Source of the DNA: Allopontixanthobacter sp. | Lineage (GTDB): Bacteria > Pseudomonadota > Alphaproteobacteria > Sphingomonadales > Sphingomonadaceae | Direction of reading: 5' to 3' | Assembly: GCA_041552775.1 (NCBI GenBank) | Contig: JBFEKH010000003.1 | Coordinates: 8,820 to 72,819 of the forward strand | Length of the DNA: 64,000 nt | Shown here: positions 8,781 through 15,839 of the stretch, one piece after another | Numbering within the stretch: the first letter of the stretch is position 1 | How the letters are laid out: every line of letters starts with the position of its first letter | Program-made: the position numbers and the translations under genes | Notes under the pieces: model-generated | The model's database searches: none | What the model was told of the DNA's origin: nothing | The model's input: the letters and a program-made list of their open reading frames with translations, nothing else

Positions 8781-9134
8781 ATGAAAATTCGTAATGTACT
8801 GATGGCCGCAGCTGCGATTACGCTGGCGGCAGCCCCTGCTGTATGATCACCCGATATTAGCCGCGCTTCGGCTCCTGTTTCGAGCAAGAGCGAACTCGGC
8901 GGTGGAGATGGAATTCTTGTACTGTTGGCGATTGGCATTTTCGCAACTTTCATCATCCTCACATTGGTGAATGATGATGATGCTCCGATCAGCGCCAAAG
9001 GCCGACTAAAATGCATCAGTTCGGAAAGCGGGGCTTCGGCCTCGTTTCTTTTGGTCAACAGGGCAGGCGTTGCTCTCGATAAGTACGCTGCCACCAAAGG
9101 TGCCACTTTTTGTTGGCTCACACCGATGCGTTGA
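8781..9134 (+). pseudogene. small exported/membrane protein gene interrupted by an in-frame TGA (8844-8846); the 3' end is uncertain
   Basis: The sequence ATG..MKIRNVLMAAAAITLAAAPAV-TGA-SPDISRASAPVSSKSELGGGDGILVLLAIGIFATFIILTLVNDDDAPISA is all in one frame. That gives a signal peptide followed by a TM helix. Confidence 0.3.
9024..9053 (+). terminator. candidate rho-independent terminator (TTCG tetraloop)
   Basis: The sequence is GAAAGCGGGGC-TTCG-GCCTCGTTTC followed by TTTTGG. It lies inside the read-through part of the 8781 ORF. Confidence 0.45.
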
Positions 9135-9157
9135 TCCATGAAATAGCCGTAGCGAAG

Positions 9158-9523
9158 TCAGTTCTTGGCTGTAGCAACTTTGCTGGCCAATCTTATGATT
9201 GAATGTGCAGCTAGCAAACCAATTGTGATTGCAAACAGGTTCGCAGCAAAGTCCATCCAATCTGCGTCACGCCCTAAGCCCAAGTCCATTTGCAATATCT
9301 CGATGCTTCCGCCGAAGGTCGCCAGCAGGCCAAATATCACTTCTATCTTCGTCCGAGGCCACAAGATTTTTGCCAGGAAGGACAACACGAAAAAAGCAAG
9401 AATGTGATTGAGTTTGTCATGGGCAAAGATGGTCGGAGCTTCATTTGTCGGCATGATCGCTGCAATCAGAACCGCACCGATCAATAGCCAAAAAGGGGCG
9501 CGAGCGATCATTTGTGATTTCAT
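9158..9523 (-). CDS. VanZ-like family membrane protein
   Basis: It has four TM helices and a DKLNHILAFFVLSF motif. The ATG at 9523 (MKSQMIARAPFWLL) is preferred over the ORF start at 9640. The gene is low in GC. Confidence 0.65.
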   Translation of the reverse strand: MKSQMIARAPFWLLIGAVLIAAIMPTNEAPTIFAHDKLNHILAFFVLSFLAKILWPRTKIEVIFGLLATFGGSIEILQMDLGLGRDADWMDFAANLFAITIGLLAAHSIIRLASKVATAKN

Positions 9524-9728
9524 ATCAGATATGTAGCGGGCAAGACATTTCTCTAGCGTGAATTCAGCGATGTGTTTTGCTGCACGGAAGGCGAACGAAT
9601 GACCGCTTCTCACAGAATTCCAGCGTGTTTCGACAGCCAAGGCCCAGGCTTAGAGCGAACTTGCTGGCTTTCTTGCAGATGTGGGTCGTAGGGCCAACCG
9701 AACAGGACGGTGCATTCAAGACGGTGCA

Positions 9729-10634
9729 TTATTGAATGCGGGTAACGGTATAGCCTTGTTGGCGCATCAGGTTCGGCAAACCCTCTGGTCCTGCCATATG
9801 CGCTGCGCCGACCGCGATCATCGCGGGCGGGACAGTGGGCAGGAACGCTGACAATTGCCGCGCCCAGTCTTCGTTTCGTTTCACCAGTAGCGCGGTTCGC
9901 AATTCGGGGTCGGCCAGCAGCCCTTGCGTATTTTCCCGGGCCAGACTGTCCATATCACCGCTGCGCCAGGTGCGGGCAAGTTTCGCACTTTCGCCTTCAC
10001 CTTCTTCCCCTTCGATGACCACTGCGCTCAGCAAGTCCCGCTGGTCCCTTTCGGGCAAATTATCGAAGATGCTGAGCTGCTGCATGGCACCCTCCAATTC
10101 GCGAATCGGCCTACCTGTGAAACGGCGCAGCAGCGCCCGGTCTACCCCGTTATCAGGATTGCCGCCGCGCACACCTTGCGCCAGCATCAATGCGGCCGCC
10201 CAACTTTCCGTTGCGGTAAAATCATTGTCGGAAAATGAGCCGGCCTCCAGCATCTTGCGCAGTGCCGCCTGTTCGCTGGCTGGCAGCCTGCCGGATAATG
10301 GCGGCAGGCCATCGGTACGAGCCAGCCGGGCGAACACATGTGAGATCGCCGCGCTGTCTTCCAGCGCGGCGATCTCAACTATCAGCATGTCGGCATCATC
10401 AATTGTATCCGACAGCAATTCGGTTTCCCAGCTGATACCATCGGGCAGGGAGTGGATGGTCCCGAAGAGCCAACCCTCCACCGTGCCGTCAGCAGAAGCC
10501 AGTTCCCACAAAGCCGGCATAGGGGCTGTCTGGGTAAGGGGGCGCTCCGCATCTTCGGCGGATTTCTCTCCGCAGCTTGCCAAGGCAAGGGCGCAGGACA
10601 GCGCCATGGCTGCAGAGAGAAGGAACCGTTTCAT
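9729..10634 (-). CDS. TraB/GumN family lipoprotein
   Basis: MKRFLLSAAMALSCALALASC carries a lipobox. The TraB/GumN signatures GTIHSLP and VGAAHMAG are present. The ATG overlaps the stop of the upstream paralog (TGATG). Confidence 0.85.
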   Translation of the reverse strand: MKRFLLSAAMALSCALALASCGEKSAEDAERPLTQTAPMPALWELASADGTVEGWLFGTIHSLPDGISWETELLSDTIDDADMLIVEIAALEDSAAISHVFARLARTDGLPPLSGRLPASEQAALRKMLEAGSFSDNDFTATESWAAALMLAQGVRGGNPDNGVDRALLRRFTGRPIRELEGAMQQLSIFDNLPERDQRDLLSAVVIEGEEGEGESAKLARTWRSGDMDSLARENTQGLLADPELRTALLVKRNEDWARQLSAFLPTVPPAMIAVGAAHMAGPEGLPNLMRQQGYTVTRIQ

Positions 10635-11569
10635 CACTGGACCCTGTAAGTCTTGATTCCGCGCAGTTCCAGTGCATCCTGCACGCTCTTGGCACCGGCC
10701 AGATGGCCTGCACCGACTGCGACGAACACAGTACCCGGGGTGTCGAGACGAGTGTCGATCCATTCCGCCCAGTTGGTGTTGCGCTGATACAGCAGCCGGT
10801 CTGCCAGGACCTGGTCTGTCAGGCCTTCGTTCATCAGCGCAGCCAGTCCGTCGGCATCTCCTTCCAGCCATTCAGCAACCATCTTGTCCAGCATCGGCTT
10901 GATCGTATCGACTCCTTCTGCGGCCTGTACCAGAAACGCGATCTGGCTTTCGATTGGCAGCTGGTCGAACAGTGTCATCTGGAATTCCAGCGTTTCCAGC
11001 TCGCCGCGGGCTTTTGTTTCGCCGCCCTTGGAGTTCAGAACGTTTTCCACGCCGCTGTCGGGGGAATAGCCTTCCTTCATGATCGGCAGCATCGCCAGCA
11101 TCATGCTGGCATACCACGGTTCGAACCGGTCGAATGTTGCCACTGGCATGCCCAGCTTGGTCATGGCCGCTTCGTAGGCGGACTTCTGGTCATCATCGAG
11201 CATCTCCCGCAGGTTCTTGTCTGCCGGCAGCATCCCGGTGTTCATGATGATCGACTGCATCTTGGCAACTGTTTCCGGCGTCTGCAGGATTTCAGTCACC
11301 AGGATATCGGACGAAGCCAGGGCTGCGGCGACATTGCCTTTGTACCAATCGACGTCCTTGGGCAGCGCATGGACAGTGCCGAAAAGATAAATGGTGGTGT
11401 CCTCGTCGGATACTTTCCACAGCGCGGGGCCGCCAAGCTCCACCTGTTCCGCCGGGACTTGCGCGCTGGCGACAGGCGTTGGCTTTTGCTGCTGGGCCGA
11501 GGCGGGGGCGGCGAACAGGATGGCGGTTCCGGTCAGGAGACCCGCGAGACGATGTGCGAACGTTTTCAT
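10634..11569 (-). CDS. TraB/GumN family protein (secreted), tandem paralog
   Basis: The signal peptide ends in PASA-QQQ. Motifs GTVHALP and VGAGHLAG are present. The ATG at 11569 was chosen inside the longer ORF. Confidence 0.85.
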   Translation of the reverse strand: MKTFAHRLAGLLTGTAILFAAPASAQQQKPTPVASAQVPAEQVELGGPALWKVSDEDTTIYLFGTVHALPKDVDWYKGNVAAALASSDILVTEILQTPETVAKMQSIIMNTGMLPADKNLREMLDDDQKSAYEAAMTKLGMPVATFDRFEPWYASMMLAMLPIMKEGYSPDSGVENVLNSKGGETKARGELETLEFQMTLFDQLPIESQIAFLVQAAEGVDTIKPMLDKMVAEWLEGDADGLAALMNEGLTDQVLADRLLYQRNTNWAEWIDTRLDTPGTVFVAVGAGHLAGAKSVQDALELRGIKTYRVQ

Positions 11570-11595
11570 AAGATAACCTTTCTGAGAGGGGATAT

Positions 11596-12099
11596 TTAGC
11601 GTGTCTGAATAAACCTGTGTCCGCGGGTCAAAAAGTATCTGCGGTACAGCCAGACCGCCGACCAGATGGTCGCCACGATCAGCAGCACGACCATCGGGTC
11701 TTGTTCGGGAAGCAGCCCTGCCCGGGTGGCAACCCACCAGCTTGGGGCGATGAACAGATAGGCATGGCCGGCGGTATTCGCGCCGTCAGTATAGCTCGCC
11801 CGGTCATGCTCGTCCGTGCTGCGCCACCACATCAGGGTAACGATCGGTGCGCAAGCCGCCCACAGCCCAATTGCGACCAGTGCGGGGAATAGGGGAATTG
11901 GTCCGTTCGAGAGCACAGAGGTGCCGTCCGTTTCATTGTGGCCAAGTAGCAAGCCCAGCGCCACGCTGAGCGAGAGCAGCACGTAAATCAAATTGCGTGA
12001 CCGGCGGGTGCTGCGCGAAATCGGTTCCTTGGCATGTTTGGGCCAGACCCTTGCGGCAAGCACGGCCAGACCTGCGACCACCAAAATCCAGGCAATCAC
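11596..12099 (-). CDS. hypothetical integral membrane protein (4-5 TM helices)
   Basis: It is the last gene of the XRE operon. The GTG at 12099 overlaps the upstream TAG (TAGTG). An alternative GTG is at 12114. Confidence 0.6.
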   Translation of the reverse strand: MIAWILVVAGLAVLAARVWPKHAKEPISRSTRRSRNLIYVLLSLSVALGLLLGHNETDGTSVLSNGPIPLFPALVAIGLWAACAPIVTLMWWRSTDEHDRASYTDGANTAGHAYLFIAPSWWVATRAGLLPEQDPMVVLLIVATIWSAVWLYRRYFLTRGHRFIQTR

Positions 12100-12287
12100 T
12101 ATTCCGAGCAGCACATCCAGTCGGTCGCCCCGCCGGCATTGAGATAGCCTGACACGACACCGGCGCCAAAAACGACCGCAAGCAGCGTCAATGCCATCAG
12201 TATGATGCTGTAGAGCTTGCGGCTGGCCAGATGTGCGGAGGTCAACTTGGTACTGGCGTCCGCATGTTCGGATTTAGGCTTCGTCAT
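12099..12287 (-). CDS. hypothetical small membrane protein (62 aa, 1 TM helix)
   Basis: The ATG at 12287 lies inside the last codons of the HTH gene. There is one hydrophobic helix (LYSIILMALTLLAVVFGAGVV). Confidence 0.45.
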   Translation of the reverse strand: MTKPKSEHADASTKLTSAHLASRKLYSIILMALTLLAVVFGAGVVSGYLNAGGATDWMCCSE

Positions 12288-12468
12288 CGAATATCTCCTC
12301 GATGGGCATTTCAAAAAGTCGGGCGAGTTTGAAGGCGAGGGGAAGCGAGGGATCATGCTTGCCTGTCTCGATGGCGTTGACCGCCTGACGCGAGACATCC
12401 AGATGCATGGCCAGCTCCGCCTGACTCCAGTCGCGCATTGCGCGCAGAACCTTGAGGCGGTTTTTCAT
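12274..12468 (-). CDS. XRE/Cro-type helix-turn-helix transcriptional regulator (YozG-like, 64 aa)
   Basis: The sequence is MKNRLKVLRAMRDWSQAELAMHLDVSRQAVNAIETGKHDPSLPLAFKLARLF. Confidence 0.88.
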   Translation of the reverse strand: MKNRLKVLRAMRDWSQAELAMHLDVSRQAVNAIETGKHDPSLPLAFKLARLFEMPIEEIFDDEA

Positions 12469-12618
12469 CGGCTCAAGCGATCACTGCGCCAATCTCAAGA
12501 ACGATGGTCGACAAACCGACCCCGGCGAGCATGTAGATCGAGTTGACGAGCAGTTTTTACGGTGACGGGCGAGTGATGGTAAGAATTGTTCATCATAGAT
12601 TCCTAGTCATGCAATTAC

Positions 12619-12690
12619 GACATAATGTCAGGTTATGCTGACTATATGTCGCGATTCGCTGACCATGTCAATACTACCTTACATAATGTC
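12619..12690. promoter_or_regulatory. array of four GAC-N3-5-GTC / ATGTC boxes, a candidate operator array for the XRE regulator
   Basis: The boxes are GACATAATGTC (12619), GACTATATGTC (12640), GACCATGTC (12661) and TACATAATGTC (12680). The ATGTC cores are spaced 21, 19 and 21 nt apart. Confidence 0.4.
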
Positions 12691-12766
12691 GCAACAAAGT
12701 GACTTTTGGCCTCTCAATGCGGTGTAGCATTGACCGCGTTTCAGCCATCCGCCAAAGCGCGGCATA

Positions 12767-13666
12767 ATGAAAAGAGACCCTTCCAAGAGCTTTCAGGACA
12801 TGATCCTCTCGCTCCATGATTTCTGGAGCGAGAACGGCTGCCTGATCCTGCAACCCTATGACATGCGCATGGGGGCGGGCACATTTCACCCCGCGACCAC
12901 GCTGCGCGCACTGGGGCCGGAGCCCTGGAATGCGGCCTTCGTCCAGCCCTGCCGCCGCCCGTCCGATGGCCGCTACGGCGAAAATCCGAACCGGCTGCAG
13001 CATTATTATCAGTATCAGGTGATCCTGAAGCCAAGCCCTTCAGACCTGCAGGAGCTGTATCTCAAGAGCCTGGAAGTGATCGGCATCGATCCGCTGAAAC
13101 ACGATATCCGCTTCGTCGAGGATGATTGGGAATCGCCCACGCTGGGCGCCTGGGGGCTGGGCTGGGAAGTCTGGTGTGACGGGATGGAAGTGACCCAGTT
13201 CACCTATTTCCAGCAGATGGGTGGTTATGATTGCAAACCCGTTGCGGGTGAATTGACTTACGGGCTGGAACGGCTCGCAATGTATATTCAGGGCGTCGAC
13301 AACGTGTACGACCTCGCGTTCAACCAGCACGGTGTAAGCTACGGGGAGGTGTTCCTTGAAAACGAAAAGCAGATGAGCACGTGGAATTTCGAAATCGCCG
13401 AAACCGATGCGTTGTTCGACCTGTTCAAGAAAGCGGTGGCCGAATGCCAGAACTGCCTGACCGCGAAATTGCCGATCCCCGCATATGAGCAGGCGATCGA
13501 GGCCAGTCACATCTTCAACCTGCTGCAGGCGCGCGGCGTGATCAGCGTCCAGGAACGCGCCAGCTACATGGGCCAGGTCCGCGATCTCGCGCGCGGTTCG
13601 TGCGAGGCGTATATGGCAAAGAATGCCGACGCCTGGGCCGAGAAATTTCCGGAGTGGTCGGCATGA
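12767..13666 (+). CDS. glyQ: glycine--tRNA ligase alpha subunit
   Basis: 299 aa. The [12 protein letters not shown] and [23 protein letters not shown] motifs are highly conserved. Confidence 0.97.
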   Translation: MKRDPSKSFQDMILSLHDFWSENGCLILQPYDMRMGAGTFHPATTLRALGPEPWNAAFVQPCRRPSDGRYGENPNRLQHYYQYQVILKPSPSDLQELYLKSLEVIGIDPLKHDIRFVEDDWESPTLGAWGLGWEVWCDGMEVTQFTYFQQMGGYDCKPVAGELTYGLERLAMYIQGVDNVYDLAFNQHGVSYGEVFLENEKQMSTWNFEIAETDALFDLFKKAVAECQNCLTAKLPIPAYEQAIEASHIFNLLQARGVISVQERASYMGQVRDLARGSCEAYMAKNADAWAEKFPEWSA

Positions 13667-15831
13667 CCGACTTCCTCCTCGAACTCCGCAGCGAAGAAAT
13701 CCCGGCCCGGATGCAGAAGGGCGCCCGCGCCGATCTGGAAAAGCTGTTCCGCGCCGAAATGGCCTCCGCCGGGGTTACCGTTGATGAGATGACCGTTTGG
13801 TCCACCCCGCGCCGACTTGCGTTGATTGCGCGCAGCCTGCCGACACAGACTGAAGCAGTCAGCGAAGAAGCGAAAGGTCCGCCGGAAGGCGCTCCCGATC
13901 AGGCCATCGACGGGTTCTGCCGTAGGAACGGCGTGACCCGCGACAGCCTTGAACTTCGCGATGTGAAGGGCCGCATGACCTATTTCGCGGTCATCGAACA
14001 ACCAGGTCGCACAGTGGCCGATGTGCTGGCAGAGGCGATCCTCTCGATCATCCGCGCCTTCCCATGGCCCAAGTCGATGCGCTGGGGCGCTGCCTCGATC
14101 AGCACCGAGAGCCTGAAATGGGTCCGCCCGCTGTCGGGCATCGTCGCGATCTTCGGCGATACGCTGGTGAATTGCGAAGTTGACGGAGTGACGTCAGGCA
14201 CCGCCACCATGGGCCACCGGTTCCACCATTCCGGCGAAATAACGATTACCGGCGCCGACGATTACGCGGCCAAATTGCGCGCCGCGCATGTGATTGTGGA
14301 CCATGTGGAGCGCGAAGGTATCGTACGCAGCGGCGCGGCGAAGGCTGCTGCCGATGCCGGTCTCGATCTGGTCGAGGATGAAGGTCTGGTGGTGGAAAAT
14401 GCCGGACTGACCGAATGGCCCGTCCCGCTGCTCGGCCGGTTCGAGGGCGATTTCCTCGAGGTGCCGCCCGAAACCATCCAGTTGACCGCGCGGGTGAACC
14501 AGAAATATTTCGTGTGCGAGAAGGATGGCAAACTCGCGAACGCCTTCATCTGCACTGCCAATATCGAAGCCGCCGATGGCGGCGCGGCGATTGTCGATGG
14601 CAACCGCAAAGTCCTCGCCGCGCGCTTGTCCGATGCGCGGTTCTTCTGGGATGTGGACCGGAAGAAAACGCTCGAGGAACACGCCAAGGGGCTGGAACGG
14701 ATTACCTTCCACGAGAAACTGGGCACCGTCGCCGACAAGGTCGAACGGGTGGCGAAACTGGCCGAATGGCTCGCCAGCGAAGGCATCGTGCCGAATTGTG
14801 ATCCGGCATTGGCGCGGCAGGCTGCGGAACTATGCAAAGCCGATCTTGTCACCGAAATGGTCGGAGAATTCCCCGAACTCCAAGGCCTCATGGGCGGCTA
14901 TTATGCCCTCGCCGAGGGACTGCCCGACGCCGTAGCCGGCGCCATCCGCGATCACTACAAACCGGTCGGGCAGGGCGATGAGGTGCCTACTGAGCCGGTG
15001 ACGGTCGCGGTAAGTTTGGCGGATAAGCTGGATACGCTATTCAGTTTCTTTGCAATTGAGGAGCGGCCCACAGGTTCGAAAGATCCATTTGCTTTGCGAC
15101 GTGCAGCAATGGGCATTATCAGTTTGCTAATAGAGAATAGTTTGAGGAGCAAAGTTTGGTGGCTTGTTGAACACTGGTTGCAATTCGCAAAACGTAAATA
15201 CGTCGAAGACGCAAATGCTATGGAGCATGTGCGACATTTCTTCGCTGACCGCCTCAAGGTTCAGCAACGGGAAGCAGGCGTCCGTCACGACCTGATCGAC
15301 GCCGTGTTCGCGCTAGGCGGCGAGGACGACCTCGTCCGCTTGCTTTCCCGCGTCCATGCGCTGCAATCCTTCATGACCACCGACGACGGCACCAACCTCC
15401 TCTCAGGATACAAGCGCGCCGCCAATATCATCAAGAAGGAAGACTGGCACGGTATCGAGGGCGAGATCGCGCATACCGGCGAGGAAGACCCGCTCGCGAT
15501 GGTGGACGATCCCGATATGAAAGCGGTGATCGAGGCCAAGATGTCCGAGCGTCATGCGAAACAGCGCTCCTACACCCCCGAACCTGCGGAACAGGCGCTG
15601 ATCGATGCACTTGGCGCAGCAGAGCCCAAGGCAGCATCAGCCATCGAAGCGGAAGATTTCTCCGCTGCAATGGCTGCGCTTGCCAGTCTGCGCGCGCCGA
15701 TCGATGCGTTTTTCGAGGAAGTTACCGTTAACGCCGATGAAGAAAACAAACGCGCCGCACGGCTGGACTTGCTTGCGCAGTTTCGTGCTGCAGTGCACAA
15801 CGTAGCGGACTTCTCGAAAATCGAAGGATAA
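13663..15831 (+). CDS. glyS: glycine--tRNA ligase beta subunit
   Basis: The ATG overlaps the glyQ stop (ATGA). The N-terminus reads [18 protein letters not shown]. The protein is 722 aa. Confidence 0.96.
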   Translation: MTDFLLELRSEEIPARMQKGARADLEKLFRAEMASAGVTVDEMTVWSTPRRLALIARSLPTQTEAVSEEAKGPPEGAPDQAIDGFCRRNGVTRDSLELRDVKGRMTYFAVIEQPGRTVADVLAEAILSIIRAFPWPKSMRWGAASISTESLKWVRPLSGIVAIFGDTLVNCEVDGVTSGTATMGHRFHHSGEITITGADDYAAKLRAAHVIVDHVEREGIVRSGAAKAAADAGLDLVEDEGLVVENAGLTEWPVPLLGRFEGDFLEVPPETIQLTARVNQKYFVCEKDGKLANAFICTANIEAADGGAAIVDGNRKVLAARLSDARFFWDVDRKKTLEEHAKGLERITFHEKLGTVADKVERVAKLAEWLASEGIVPNCDPALARQAAELCKADLVTEMVGEFPELQGLMGGYYALAEGLPDAVAGAIRDHYKPVGQGDEVPTEPVTVAVSLADKLDTLFSFFAIEERPTGSKDPFALRRAAMGIISLLIENSLRSKVWWLVEHWLQFAKRKYVEDANAMEHVRHFFADRLKVQQREAGVRHDLIDAVFALGGEDDLVRLLSRVHALQSFMTTDDGTNLLSGYKRAANIIKKEDWHGIEGEIAHTGEEDPLAMVDDPDMKAVIEAKMSERHAKQRSYTPEPAEQALIDALGAAEPKAASAIEAEDFSAAMAALASLRAPIDAFFEEVTVNADEENKRAARLDLLAQFRAAVHNVADFSKIEG

Positions 15832-15839
15832 TTTCTCCA

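Noticed and set aside
8844-8846. The in-frame TGA read as selenocysteine.
   Set aside because: I see no SECIS-like hairpin immediately downstream, and no sel genes in the window. The residue would fall at a signal-peptidase-site position, not a redox motif. A nonsense mutation is more parsimonious.
8696-9139. A 147-aa minus-strand ORF in the low-GC islet.
   Set aside because: The translation is low-complexity (Ser/Ala/Pro runs) and has no start context. It lies opposite the plus-strand signal-peptide ORF and its terminator, which give a more coherent reading.
9706-9739. A direct repeat GACGGTGCATT x2 (9706 and 9720) and an inverted repeat GCATTCAA..TTGAATGC at the 3' end of the TraB gene.
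   Set aside because: The repeats are short and overlap the stop codon region. They have no U-tract and do not recur elsewhere in the window. They are most likely a chance or minor 3' hairpin.
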